DNA from: Novakomyces olei
Lineage: Eukaryota
Length of the DNA: 64,000 bases
Direction: 5' to 3'
Assembly (NCBI GenBank): GCA_016906335.1
Contig: JADEYG010000007.1
Coordinates: 1,488,001 to 1,552,000 of the forward strand
Shown: piece by piece, positions 1-13,570 of the stretch
Layout of the letters: the number at the start of each line of letters is the position of its first letter
How positions within the stretch are numbered: position 1 is the stretch's first letter
Position numbers and translations under genes: made by a program
Notes under the pieces: generated by a model
The model's input: the letters and a program-made list of their open reading frames with translations, nothing else
The model's database searches: none
What the model was told of the DNA's origin: nothing

Positions 1-338
1 CTGCGGATACTGAGGGCAGAAGTACTAACAAGCGAAAACAGCACATAGATCAAGCACACAGCCAGTATGAACCGTTTGATTGGCGTTTTAGGCAGCCGTT
101 CTGCTAAAGCAGCACCCTTCACGTAAGCCCTGGATAAACCATTGAATGTTAAATTCGCAGCTTTATGAAGTCGGCTCGCGCCGCCTGCAGCCGCCAATCG
201 CACTTTTTGCAAGGCAGCCATGCTTTTACTCCCGTTTATTGAATGGCCATTCTCAGACAGTTTTCCATCACCGCTTTTGGCTCCCTGAGCGAACGGCAAT
301 TTGAAACCTTTTCGGGGCTGCCATTCGTTTGCAGACAT
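1..338 (-). CDS. 5' part of a probable type II membrane protein; runs off the window start
   Basis: ATG at 338 (GCCATG, in-frame TAA just upstream) opens a stop-free frame to position 1: MSANEWQPRKGF...KTPIKRFILAVCLIYVLFSLVSTSALSIR. Basic residues precede a hydrophobic helix. Confidence 0.6.
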   Translation of the reverse strand, partial: MSANEWQPRKGFKLPFAQGAKSGDGKLSENGHSINGSKSMAALQKVRLAAAGGASRLHKAANLTFNGLSRAYVKGAALAERLPKTPIKRFILAVCLIYVLFSLVSTSALSIR

Positions 339-550
339 GGCTCCTTATACAGAGCCGCGTCCTCCTGGAAAGGCCAATTGTGGCCTCCGCCGTTTTCTTG
401 TATTGGAGTATACGTTTCGCGTGTATAGTCAGTTCATCTATATATTTATGAGCAATCCTCATGTATAGCGTAGACTCGGATATTCTACGTTCAAGTTAGT
501 GAATGTTATAGTTATAACGTTAATGTGTATAGTACAGCTATAAAGTTATT

Positions 551-666
551 GCTGTATATTATATTTATGCTGTATATTATATTTATGCTGTATATTATAT
601 TTATGCTGTATATTATATTTATGCTGTATATTATATTTATGCTGTATATTATATTTATGCTGTATA
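551..666. repeat. 18-bp minisatellite (GCTGTATATTATATTTAT) x6 plus a partial copy
   Basis: Direct reading; lies upstream of the gene starting at 338. Confidence 0.95.
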
Positions 667-1680
667 GTAAGTATATCGAGTACGAGTTGTTTTGTATGAT
701 AATGCTCTAATGTTGCTTGCTGCATTAGCAGACCTAAAACTTGTGCGGCACTCTCCTTTTGGCTTAAACCCTACTGTTTCGACAATATACGAGACATTTG
801 CGGCGGAGCACAGTATTTATGTATCTTTACACAAGTCTAGTATGTACAACCTGCCCGCGTGTGCTCGTCTACCGGGTAAAAATAGCAACAGCAAATGAAT
901 ACAATGAATAGCACAGTGCTAAATGACTGGTTATGCGGCGAAAAAGTCTGGAGCTATAAACTTGGACGCAGGAAATAATTCCAACTTTTGCCCACGTACC
1001 CATTTCGAGATAGTGTGTGTACTGTAATTATGTTATTGCACGTTTCCAGGCAATCAGGCACGCAGTGTAAGAAAAGTGTGTCACAACAAATTAGATGAGC
1101 AGTAACCTCAAACCTGAAATTGCACTGCGCCGTTTATACAGCCGCACTCCTTTCTGGTCGTAAAATTTGATCGGTCGTTGTTGGAGGGCAAACGAGATAT
1201 AGAGCGAGTGTATGTTTAAACAGTAGGATAGCCACAGCCAATACTCCATTGAGCTTTATGTATGTACGTGTGAGTGTGTATGTGTACCGATACTTTGTTC
1301 CACACTTTGCCAATTAAACTTTTCAAGCAAAAGTCTGGGCCAAACTTGGGGTAAGACAAACGGCGTTAGCGACCACTATAGTATAGCAAAAGTTATACCA
1401 AGAGTTATAGCCCTATCGCCACCCTCACTTTGTGCAAAAATGTACTTCTACAAAGTCTGGACAGACCCATAAGCTCAGCGAGAGCCTGAAAAGGTAGAGG
1501 GCCCGTTGGCCCGTACCAGCGCAGGCACAACGTGGAGTGTTTGAGAAAACTTTTGGGATACGCTATACATGTGGTGAAGATGACCGTGGACCTAAACACG
1601 GTGAAAAGTACGTAAATGTAAAAACTTATATATTTAAAACGATATGCACACGCATACAGCCCTGATGTATATACACAACC

Positions 1681-4600
1681 TCATTTGTATAGACCCTCGT
1701 ACCCTCCATTAGCGTCTGCCCTATATGCAATGTGTAAAATATCCAGTACAGACTTTATGCCCGGCTCCGTGATCGGCCGCGGCATTATAGCATCAAAGCA
1801 GTGACTTTTGTCATCGTGTCCCGCCACTGAAGTTGAAGATTGATCAGCGATGGCAACGATAGGCGTGCCCTGGTTCTCACAAACAAGGCTACGGATCATT
1901 TTCACTGCGTCTGCTCCAGATAATCGAGGCATATTGACGGCAGTGAAGATTGCTTGAAACGGCTTTTCCGACATTGCAAGCCGCAGCATCTCTGACCCGG
2001 TTGAGGCTATTACTACACTGAACCCGAGCCGGGTGAGGTACAGTCTCATAATCTCTGTGGCCACACGATTATCATCGGCCACGAGTATACTGGGCCCAGC
2101 ACTTTCAGCAGCAGCAGGTGAACCTCTTTCGCCTGCTCCAGAGGCAGCTGCTGCAGTAGAAGGCCGACGTGCGTGTACGACAGAAACGCGTCTCAAGATA
2201 TGGAAAGGTTTGCCACTCGGCGAAGAGTTTCTGTGCCGAACAAGAACAGGTGCATCTTCAGAATCAGACGCTGAAGATGAGGCAGTGGCTGCCGTCTCCT
2301 CAATCACATCGCTGTTGGCTCTTTTATGTTGCTGCTGAGCACGGAAGGCATCGAGAACCGTGGGCCTTTCAAACTCTGATCCCGTAGTGGCCGACCGTTT
2401 CCTCGATGCCGTATTTACTCTTAATTTTGCTATAGGCGAACCAGTAGCATTAGCATTAGCATTAGCATTAGCATTTGTATTTGCACTAGTACTAGTACTA
2501 ATACCAAGACTTGTACCAAGACTTGTACCAGTACTGGCAGTATTACTACCCGTACTCGACCCGTTCAGAGCTTCGAGGGCAAGAGCCCTCTGATCCTCCT
2601 TGGCCACTGCCCTTCGCTGTAATGGCGAAAAAGTACCTGTTGACCTGTTGGTGACGGCCGTCGTTGGCGGCGAGTGTGGTGGAAAGTAAGACGAGGCAAT
2701 ATTCGTTGGAGAATTGCTGGCAATACTTGAATTCGTAGAGGGCGAGGACGCTTGCCGCAGGGACGACGATGTCATTGTCATCCGTCTCTGCATTGTGTCG
2801 GGACTGGCAGCCGATGTAATACTGCCGTGCCGGACTCGCAGTTTCTGAATTGCCTCCTTGTTTGCTCGGTCCAGAACGCCTAAATTTTTGTATGAAAACG
2901 ATCCAAAATCATCGGAAATGGAGGCGTCTGTTGACCTCCGATGCCGATGAGAAGAGTGCACTCCGACTCCGATATTATTATTATTATTATTGTTGTTATT
3001 GCTGTTGTTGCTGCCGCTGTTATTGCTGCCATTACTATTGTTGCTATTGTTGCTATTAGCCGTACTGCCGCCGGTGCTAAAAGAATAATGGAGGAAATTG
3101 TTGCTAAAACTGCCGCCCTCCCGCATATGCGGTGGAATGTGCAGAGGCATTGTCCGCTTTGACGCTGGTCTGCCTTCAACTGCCTCACTGGCAGGACCAA
3201 GGCTCAGCTTTGAGATTGCAGACTCTGGCCGGACGGGAGGCGAGTCCATTGCCTCGGGCGCCTGGCAAGTTGCAGTATTGTCAAAGAAAAGGTCCTGTAG
3301 CCCTTCGCTCTCGTGGATGCCGCGTGGATCAAAGTACTCTACGGATTCGGCTGCGTCTATCTGAGGCACAAACGGAGCGGCATCGTGTCTCAGTGTTTCC
3401 CAGTCTACATCCTTGAAAAACGCATGCGATTTGACTGCATCAACACTCTGACGGCCGAGTCTTTTACTCGAGTCCAGCGTCAGTAATCGCTTTATCAGAT
3501 CAACTGCCGCTGCAGAAACTTGGGGTGAACAAGTATCGCTATCGCCAGGATCGCCACCCCCTTCTGGCCACTCAATAACACCCGAAAGAATCCGCTCAAA
3601 GACCTTTTCCGGTGTAGTGTCGTGGAAGGGAGGGTAGCCGTAGCAAAATTCAAACAGTATACAGCCCAAAGACCACCAATCACCAGCATCGTCCTGGCTA
3701 GTGCCGTTTATTGTTTCCGGAGCCAAATAATCCGGAGTCCCCAGGAACCGTTTAGCACCTTCTTTAGCGTCAAAAAGGGCCATTGGTGGAGGAGGCATAA
3801 CGACAGAAGAGTTCCGTCTTTTCAACGTGGGCGGCAGTAGCGGAGCTGCCGATAGCGCTGGCAGCTGAGATTGGCTCTGCAGTGAGCTCGAGCTGGAAGA
3901 GACACTGGCCGCGTCATCGTCTACTGTGTGATGATGGCCGTTTTGGTAAAAGGCACTACTGCTCGTGGTCGGCGGACTAAACGCACTTGGCGGACTAGTA
4001 TGGTAGTGGCCCAGCCGATTAGCGCTGGTGGGAGCTCCAGTGCCGGCAGTATGAGGATGCTGAGGCTGCTGAAGGGCGAGATTGCTAAAGTAGTTAGTTA
4101 GTGAGGCATCAATCTTGGAAACAGGATCAGTCTTGGAAACAGGAGGACTGCCTTGGGCAACGGGCCGGGCGGCAGAGGTACTGCTCTCGGGTTTAGGCAG
4201 ATTGAAATAAGAGCTGTTAATTGCAGAGCCGCCTGCTGAAGCTACGGGCGAGTCTGTTTGCCCGAGCGGAGTGCTCGTTGCTGAGAAGCTGTCAAGAGAA
4301 CCTGATCTCTGTGAGCTCTGTGACGTCGTCCGCGGCCGATGATTGTCAAACGAGGCAAAATGGAGACTTTCATCACTAAAACCCATGGCTGAAAACTGCT
4401 GTTGTTGTTGCTGGTGCTGTTGCTGTTGTTGGTGTAGTCTAGTTTGCCGGCCAACGAGTCCCATTCGTGATAGACCAAAGTCGGTCAGTTTTAGATGGCC
4501 ATCAGCGTCAATAAGAAGATTGTCAGGCTTCAAGTCACGGTGGATAATACCCCTAGAGTGCAGATCTTCTAGGGCCAGTACTATCTCTGCCACGTACTTG

Positions 4601-7324
4601 ACTGCCCAGTCTTCGGGCAGAGGGCCCATCGTCTTCAATAGCGCTGCACAATCACCCCCACACAGGTACTCGTTCACGAGGTAGAGATAGTTTTGGTTTT
4701 GGAACGTGTAGTACAATTTAGCAACGTAATCGGACTCCTCTTGTGCCATCAGAATTGCTCTCTCCGCTCGCACATTCGTAACCTGATTCTTTGCAATCAT
4801 ATCCGCTTTTTTCAGTACTTTTATTGCGTAATAGTCGCCCGTAGATTTTTTCTTGGTCAGGTAGACACTGCCAAAGGCGCCTTTGCTTATAGGCTTGACT
4901 ACCTCAAAGTCTTTAATACTCGCCGTTGTCGGCCGGAGCGAGGGCGCCATTGAGGACAGCCGGGGTGAGACTGTAGGCTTGAGCAGATCTAGACTGCTTC
5001 CTGAAGCCAGACGTCGGTGCGTGGACGAGGATGCGGCAGTAGCGGTAGGAGCAGCAGCAGCAGCAGAAGAAGAAGAAGAAGAGCCGGCATTGAAATTACC
5101 AGTTGTTGAGGGGTCAGTAGGGTCAAGTCGGGGCGACTGGTTAGGGGACACGTAACCTTCAAAGGCAGACATGACCCTTTGCCGAGCCATTTTGGCTGGC
5201 GAAGTAGAGTATACACGTGAAGGCGATTGGCCCCTCGAGCCAGGCGACGGGCTCCGTCTGTTTATGCCATAGACTCCACGCTTTTTCTCCATCGGAATAT
5301 CCCAGCCTGGAGGCTGTGGCTGCGGAAAGAGTCGGAGATCCGTGTGGGAAATTGACCCCTCTGCCTTTAAATTGCCAAACGGCTTTGCTGCGGCCAGTCC
5401 ACTACCAGTAGCTTTTGCTTCTTCCACAGGTGGGGAAGCGATGGCAGAGTCTGCGGCCGTAACAAGCGGCGAAGAAAGATCAATGTGGGGTCCCGCTTCA
5501 CTACTAGTTCTGGACGACGTCGGGACCTGCAGGAAAGATCGGCCCCGGCTTTGCTGGTCCAGGCCTGGGTCATCCATGACCTCAGAATCGGCCAAAAGTG
5601 TCCTTGACAGTGGGCTTTTAGGAGTATTACTTCCAGAACTACCATGGCTAGCGTGCCTATGCTCCCTCAGCGACTCGTCCCTCTTAATATTGGACACGAA
5701 TTTACGGTCTTCTGCAAATTTGAGAGCGTCGTTCTCCTCAATCTCTGCTCGCTCGAGCTCTTTTATCGTCTCTGCAATAACCTGCTGTACCTGCTCATCA
5801 ATCTCTGCGCGTATCGTCTCTGCATAAGTGATAATGTTTCTCAATCGAACGATTGCCGAGACCTTGGCCGTCACTAGAGTCCATGTATCCTCAATTGCAG
5901 CCGACGCCGCAGGATCTTCGGATACAGGTGCAGACCACTGTGAAATTGCTTGCAGGGATAATTCGCTGTCGGGCGATAAAAGCCGATTGCTCACGACAGC
6001 TGTTAGATTTTTATTATTACTGCTATTACCGTTTTCATTGTCAGTCGCGCTTGAATCCAGGTACGTAAACTCTTTAATACTCGGGGCGCCAATATCGATC
6101 GCAGTATCACAATGCTCCAAAAGTTCAGACCAAACCTGCTCGTCATGGTTGTTGAGTTCCAAAAGATTAGCAGTTGAATGGCTTTGTCGAAGATATTTAG
6201 ACATTTCGTGCTTTTGATAGGGCGAAGAAGGGTTTGAGGATACTCGCAGTGGGATTCCTCTATAGTTTATGCTCTCTGTTGTGCTCACCTCCGCCGTGTC
6301 AGCACTACCGGCACCACCGCATTTCTGCCTTTTAAGCTGTTCAAGTAGGAGCGACAGCGTCGCCCTATGCTCTCGCAAGTTGTCCTGACACTCTTGCAAA
6401 GAGCTTTCCGCCCGGTGGCTTATCAGGCACAGTTCCGAGTGCTTTTCAAAGAACCAAGGCTGAACCATTCGCTCACAGATACGGCAGAGCATCTGTGGTG
6501 GTACTTGGTGCTCCTCGGCCAGTCCATCGTTAGTCAGTGATTCGAGATACTGTACGAGCACCTGTGCACCAATGCCTAGAGTCTTTGACAAGTTTTCGTC
6601 CAGCGTAATTGATAATATTTGTTCCACGTACGGTCTAAGGATCCACATAGTCTAAAGCGATCAATTAGCACAGCGTCTCTTTTGGAATTTGAAGAGTAAA
6701 GAAAATAGATAAAGTACGTACATGCGAGACCTGCCCGGAGGATAAATCCCGAATTACGATGCCGACGCCTTCCATATCCAAAAGCGTAGTCTCGTCCTCA
6801 TCACTGGTAAAAACCAGCTCCCTTGAAACATTCCCACAGGCATTGCTAATCATGGTAAAACGCACACGACAACTACGCTCGTCGTCCGCCAAAAGCCGGT
6901 TTGTAGCTTCAACAAAAATCTCCTTGTCATCTTGCACACAAAACTCTGAGATTTTGCGGCCCACCACCTCTGACCGATCTGATCTACACCGAGTCAGTAA
7001 TGAAAAAAAAATCATTTATATATAAAAAGACAAAAAAGTTGAAGCCAATCGATATAATTTTATAAAGAGGCAATGAAAAGATCGGTTCCCCAACAAGACT
7101 TGGCAACGGTAAATCTATGAATCTAGAGCGCCATACCCCTGTACAGACTGCCAAGATTGGGACACCCATTTTATACAGCCGTCTTTAGCCAATTCTGCCA
7201 CGATAACGTCATCGATACTCTGTGCTTCCGCCGAGTCGGAGAGCCTCGGTGCACATTCACCGCCATTGCTTTCAGATCCGCCTGTTTCGTGCTCAGTTAC
7301 TGGCTGTGCAGCAGACTGACTCAT
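1681..7324 (-). CDS. RIM15: Rim15/Cek1-type Greatwall-family kinase: PAS domain, C2HC finger, split kinase domain, C-terminal receiver domain; 2 introns
   Basis: KPISKGAFGSVYL, IAKNQVTNVRAERAIL, HRDLKPDNLL, DFGLS, long insert, then GTPDYLAPE; CRICE...HSELC finger; ILVADDN receiver. GT-AG introns near 6652-6720 and 6986-7134. Confidence 0.93.
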
Positions 7325-7848
7325 TTTCACAGCCGCAGCAACAAAAAGCCGCTAGCCGCCTGACTGCGGCGACGTAGTCACAGCATTCACCGCTGCAGCG
7401 CCGTGTTTCCCAGTTTGCGAGTCTATAAAACACAAAGGTGTGGAGGCCGTTCACATATCAGGGAACAATGATGTATACAATTCTACTTGTCAGTACCGAC
7501 AAAGTGTGGGTTAAACAAGTAAAGTAGGAATCTGCTTGTTACAGCTACAGGGTAACGTAACTTAAACGTAACTTATCGTAACTTTAACGTAACTTGTGTC
7601 CTCGGGACAGTGGGACAGCACCTATTCAGTGGTGATTAAACTTTGATTCGCAAGTATTGCGGCACGTAAAGTGCGTCTATAACATAATGTACACAGAATG
7701 TACACATTAATGTGTACATTGTGTACATTATTTGTACACGTTACTTGCAAAGTGTAACATTTCGGGTACCTTGAGCCGACGCTCGCCGACAGTTCAACTG
7801 TCGTGGGTACTTCCATCGCAAAAGTACGACGGCAATGGCATAAGGAAA

Positions 7849-9295
7849 ATGGTAAGACTTTGCCCCAACACTGCTAACGACATAGGCTCGCTGGTGCGGA
7901 TTTGGGCTCAGTGAGAGTGTGTCTTACACTAACCTGACTGCCTATTATACGTTTTGCGCAGCGACAGTATGCATTCTCGTGTTTGTCAGTGCCACTCAGG
8001 CCTTTGTGCTTACCGACGCGATCGGCCTGGACCACAATATCGGCGCGGCCGTTGGCGTTTTGACGGTTGCCGATGAGTCTGTGTCTATGGTTTTAACACT
8101 CGTTTGGGGGCTCTTGGCAGACCGCGTCGGACCGGCTCGAGTGGCCACCTTTGGCTTTCTTATAATATCTGTATCTCTCTGGTTCTTCCCCACTGCCAAA
8201 TCTGTGTACCCTCAGCTGCTACTGCTCCGGGCCTGTTTTGCGTGTGGAGCAAGTGCCGCGTCCACCATGATCAGCACCTGCCTTCGTGAATTATCCATAC
8301 AACAAGACCCCACGTCTGGCCGCCGAGTTAATGGCCGATTAGCGGGTCTAGTCGGCGTCTTTTCCGGCATTGGTGCCATTCTTTCCCTCACCGTCCTGCT
8401 GCCTTTGCCAACACGTCTCGCCCAAGGCCGAACTCGGTTTGGTGCAGTGCAGTTGTCTTTTCAAATTGTAGCTGTTGCCGCATTGTGCATTGCTTGCCTG
8501 TGCTACTTTGGACTGGGCAGTGGACCGGGCAGGCAAGGACGATTGACGTCGACGTCGACGCCGACACATTCACGGCTTTTTAATTTACAGGGGTTTCGAG
8601 CAGCTGCACATGACAAGAGAATTGCTGTCTCCTTTGTTGGAGGCTTTGTAGCAAGGGCGGCAAGTGTTACAATCTCTGCTTTTATCCCCGTCTTTGTTGT
8701 ACACTATTTCCTTCGCCAAGGACTATGCGATATTGATCCAGGCGCTCCGGCTTCCGAGGTCAAATTACGCTGCCATCATGCTTACGCAGAGTCTGCTTCC
8801 CTTACAGGTACAACTCAACTCACTGGCTTGATTGCTTCGTGGTTGGTGGGCAGGGTCTCTGATGCGATTGATCCCTGCTTGACACTACTACTCTCCTGCG
8901 TACTGGGTGTGGCTGGTTTCACTGCTTTTTCCCTCGTCCAGGACCCACAGCAGGTGATGGCCTATATTGCCAGTGTCCTTATGGGCCTCGCTCAGATTGG
9001 GTGCATCGTAACCTCACTAAACCTTTGCACGGGCGACTATGTGAGTGTAGATACCAGTGGATCTATAACGGGAATTTACTCTTTCTTTGGGGGGCTGGGC
9101 ATAATAACCGTTTCCCTTGCTGCCGGCCAGTTTATGGAGCGATTTTCTCTCCCGTCTCTGCCTTTCTACGTTATGGCGGGTCTCTCTGGACTCGCTGCGG
9201 TTGTTATATCGGCAATATTGCTTGCAAGATTTCTTGGGCAAGAAAACGACACAGAGGAGCGGGCTGCTCTTATTGCTCACAATGATTCCCTATAG
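7849..9295 (+). CDS. Major facilitator superfamily transporter; the first coding exon is the ATG alone
   Basis: About 12 hydrophobic segments and motif GLLADRVG. ATG|GTAAGA...GCTAACGACATAG intron 7852-7885 joins in frame to ARWCGFGLSESVSY. Confidence 0.85.
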
Positions 9296-9412
9296 TACTT
9301 GTGACCCTGCCCGGCATTTGTGTCGAACAACGGCCATGTTTATTTAAAGTAATCTCTTATTAATGCATTGGACTTGGCAGTCAAGATTGATCGTGTACTA
9401 TCTATTCATCCC

Positions 9413-10887
9413 TTAGTCCAATTTGAGGAAATCCTGATCGCCAAAGGCTTCACTTTCCTCGGCATCACTTTCCAACGCATCACTTTCAAACTCGTCATCA
9501 TCGTCATCCTTGCCATCATCTTCATCATCATCTTCGCTTTCGTCATCTTCGCTTTCGTCATCTTCGCTTTCGTCGTCTTCGCTTTCGTCATCTTCGCTTT
9601 CGTTTTCTCCGCTTTCATCATCTTTCTCTTCTCGTCCTGCTCGCTCTGCAATAGTATTCTTTTCCCGTTCAGCTGTATTTTTTGCTATTGCTTTTTCTCT
9701 GCGCAAACTCTGCCGTGATACGTGCCGTTGATGGCACTCGGGACCACGAGGACAATAACCGTTCTTACTAAAGTCCGCGCAAATTTCTCCCGCCTCGTCC
9801 ACGCCGACATGTGGGTACCGGCAGTCTGGCTTCGTACAAATGCCTTTTAGAAAATGAGAACAGTGTGGTGCGTTGTAAGCAGTAGGGTTGTGTGAAAGTG
9901 GGCAAGCTTCAGAGTCAAGCGGACACGAATGATTGAGGTATTTCGGGCATGCCGTAAGGTGATCCGGATTATGTACATACGGACAGTCCAATCCTTTGCG
10001 ACATTTTCCTGGACTTTAGTATCACAAAATCAAGTAAATAAATAAATAAATAAAATTTTCTCTTTTCTTCTTCATACCTGTCGTGTCATAGTATCGACAA
10101 TCCTTTTGTTTCATTGATCTATGGATTAGAAATGTGCAAATAAAGACTGATGCTCGAAAGCGTAAAACAATGCAGTGCAATAGAATACATACTTTCGACG
10201 CTTCACATAAGCAGCACGCCATAAATGCCCATTTTTGCTACGGATATAGGGCACTCCGTCAATATTGACCCGTGATTTCAAATTTGCCGATGAAGAATCC
10301 TCACGCTGAAGCCGTTTCCCTCCTCGCTCCACGCGATACCGCACTCCACCAATAGTAACAACGCCTCCACTTTGTTTTCGCTTCTCCAGTAATAACTGGG
10401 TCAACCTTCTGCGCGCCTCTACTCTTTCCTTTAATTTTTGTTTGCGCTCCCGATTTTCACGTATTGCCTTTGTGCGGGCAGTAACCTCGTTGTCGTACAC
10501 GTTTTGAGCAATCAGCTGTCTGTGCCGATCTTGCTTGTTGACAAACCGCTGTTGACTCGGTTCGTCTTCTTCAGCGTTTTTGCCCTTTGATAAAACTAGT
10601 TTTCGATTCCGAGAGTTTACACTCTTCGTAGACGCCTGTCGTTTCCGTTCCTCGTCGTCCTCGCGACTCCATGTCAAATGACGCTTCCACGACGGCCGAG
10701 GCTTTATGACATCCTCCTTCCCAACTGTCACTTTAGAATATCATTCAACAGCGAATAAAATTAAAAAAAAAAAATAACAAAAAATGAAAATAAATAAAAG
10801 CAGGCACTTACACTGAGTCGAACGGTGCCGATTAATAGCTCCAGCGTAAGCGGCAATCTGCCGCAGCAGTTCGTCCTCGCTAGGCAT
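9413..10887 (-). CDS. red5: Multi-CCCH zinc-finger protein, Red5/ZC3H3-like, with acidic tail; 3 introns
   Basis: N-terminus MPSEDELLRQIAAYAGAINRH; tandem CCCH fingers (CSHFLKGICTKPDCRYPH, CADFSKNGYCPRGPECHQRH); canonical introns keep frame. Confidence 0.72.
9525..9612. repeat. Coding 15-bp tandem repeat encoding (ESEDD)n
   Basis: TCTTCGCTTTCGTCA units on the + strand. Confidence 0.9.
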
Positions 10888-11046
10888 AGTTGTTGATTTG
10901 CGTGCAATAGAATATACGAGTTTATGACTGTAAAAATATATATTGTACTATTATATATTATTATATGTTATCATATATTTGTTAATGGTAAATGGGTGAA
11001 AGAATAAATAAATTTATTTCATATTAATCCTTTATCGATCACAGCC

Positions 11047-12435
11047 ATGACGCGGTGGCAGCGAGCTTACTCGACGGTAAAGCCGAGCCCGGCAGTCAAT
11101 GCTTACGTCCCTCACACGGGAAAGTACCCCCGAGGCTTTGAGCTTGGAGCAGTTCATGCCGGCATCAAGCCTGGATCCAAAAAGCTGGATCTAGCGCTGA
11201 TCGCTTCAAATCCCCAGTGCCATGCTGGAGCAGTTTACACTACGAATGCCTTCCAGGCTGCACCAGTGCAGGTGAGCAAAATGGTGCAGGAGAGCACAGG
11301 TGGTGCTCGTATTACGGGGATCGTAGTCAATTCAGGCTGTGCTAATGCTGTAACTGGGAAACGAGGATTAGAAGACGCTCGCTGGATGTCCACAGCGACA
11401 GATCAGCTGTGTGGCAATCACCATGCAAAGCACGATGCACCGCGTACCCTTGTCATGTCCACCGGCGTGATTGGGCAGTTGTTGCCGATGGATAAGATAA
11501 GAGCAGTCTTTACGCATTTGAAACGGCACTTGGGGGCCGATCATGAGCACTGGCTCCAAGTAGCAAAGGCCTTCATGACAACGGATACTTTTCCCAAACT
11601 TTATTCGCAGCAAATAACGCTGAATGGCCACACATACACCATCGCTGGCATTGCTAAAGGCGCTGGTATGATCAACCCAAACATGGCTACACTGTTGGGG
11701 GTTATTGCTACGGACGCTCCATTAGACGCCAAGGCGACTCAAGATATTGTGCGCTATGCCGCAGACCGGTCATTCAACCGTATCACCATCGACGGTGACA
11801 CTTCTACCAACGATACTATAGCATTGCTTGCGAACGGAGCCGCAGGCGGGGATGAAATTCATCATGAACGGCACCAAGAAGCCTACACGGAGATTCGAGA
11901 CGCGGTAACCCAGGTGGCCCAGCACCTGGCACAGCTCGTTGTTCGTGACGGCGAGGGTGCTACAAAATTTGTGACTATTGACGTGGAGGTGAGTGCGGTA
12001 TCGTCTTTTTTTACCCCGTTTTTTTTTGCCTATATTCGTTTCCGAATGGATGGCTAATTTCAGGATGCTACCTCGGAAGAGCAGGCTACTGTTGTAGCCA
12101 AGACTATTGCCAATTCGGCTCTGGTTAAAACGGCACTCTTTGGCCAGGACGCTAATTGGGGCCGTGTTTTGTGTGCCATTGGGTACAGCGGGGTCACTAT
12201 TGTCCCCAACCTTGTCAATGTGGCCTTTGTACCCTCTGATGGGTCACCAGTTCTGCAACTCGTGAAACATGGGGAACCTCAGCCCGTTGATGAAGACCGT
12301 GCGGCTCAAGTGCTTGCGCTGTCTGAAATCCAAATTAGCGTCAACCTTGGTCTTGGAGGTGGCGCATCCAGCCGTGTTTGGACGTGTGATTTGAGCCATG
12401 AGTATATTAGCATCAATGCGGATTATAGGTCTTGA
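11047..12435 (+). CDS. ARG7: Mitochondrial ornithine acetyltransferase (ArgJ family); 1 intron
   Basis: NSGCANA, MTTDT, KGAGMINPNMATLL, DGDTSTND, DGEGATK, ANWGRV, WTCDLSHEYISINADYRS; intron about 11989-12063. Confidence 0.97.
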
Positions 12436-13136
12436 GCTGATTGGTGTATTTATAAAACAATGTGTTGATACAGATAAATATGTTTTACGTGCGTCTAGTT
12501 TGTTGTAAGAGCACTATTTAGATGTTTAGTGGGGTTTTACAGTTGCAGGCTGCCGTTTACGCATGTCTACTCTGGCCTCCAATGGCACATGCGTTTGTCC
12601 AGCAGACCTATGGTTTGATATATAAAAGTACGTTTTAATTTGCTTATTGCCCTCCTCGATACAAGATAGTTTGGAGGCCGGCATGATGATCTGCTATCTA
12701 CAAAAAGATCTTCAGACACGCTAGACTGTGGATTTATAGTTGAACACTTTGTGAAAAAGATAGATTTCACAAAGCTCATTTGGCTCTCCAGAATATAATG
12801 CAAGCTGCTGTAATGACATAAATCTGAATATTAAGGCTAGGGTTAGGGTTAATGTACATTAATCACTCTACAAAAACTTAAACTTTCAATGTAACGCAGA
12901 CATAATATACTGTTGGCTCTATAATATTCGCATTTAATTATCTAATTTATTCGTTACAACGGTACTATTTACACAATAATTTATTTGTTTATCTTCGGCA
13001 ACTACACAGCAACGGTTGTTTATTGCTAGGGCGACAACGGAACTTTACAAAGTCGGCTCCACTACAGTTTTAGCATTGCTTGCGCAAAGAGCAAAAAGGT
13101 CTTTTGCTCTTTAAATTTCGTTTCCCAATTGCTGCA

Positions 13137-13570
13137 ATGGCGCCCAAAAAGCCGGCGGGTATCACGAGCCATACAATGAAAGAGGATGCGTTGTCTTTAA
13201 AACGCGCAGACGGCACACAGATTCCGCGGCAAGTATCGCAGCTGCTCCAGTCGACAAATCTGACTGCTCAAGACAAGCTGGAAATTATTGAAACATTACG
13301 GCTAGAAAGTATGCCCTTTTATTTTGTATTTATTGGTGCTTACAAGCAGTGTGCGATAGACTAGAGCGACTCAATTCGCATCGTGAAATCTTACTTTCGA
13401 CTCTAACTTTGCGGGGCGAAATGAGGCTAAATGCCGTTCCAAGAGCCCTGCGGACCGTGAAAATGGGACAATTGCGATCGGAAATAGACCGGATTGAAAA
13501 ACATGGTCGGCCTGGCCGTAAACTCAGTTTGTTTGGCACACGGCTTTCTCAGATACCCCACGATACTTGA
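13137..13570 (+). CDS. nbl1: Borealin/Nbl1 N-terminal-domain protein (chromosomal passenger complex); 1 intron
   Basis: After intron 13309-13349: LTAQDKLEIIETLRLEMCDRLERL...LRGEMRLNAVPRALRTVKMGQL, matching the Nbl1/Borealin-N pattern. Confidence 0.7.

Noticed and set aside
551-666. Possible CRISPR-like array
   Set aside because: Contiguous tandem units with no spacers, in a eukaryotic context with no cas genes.
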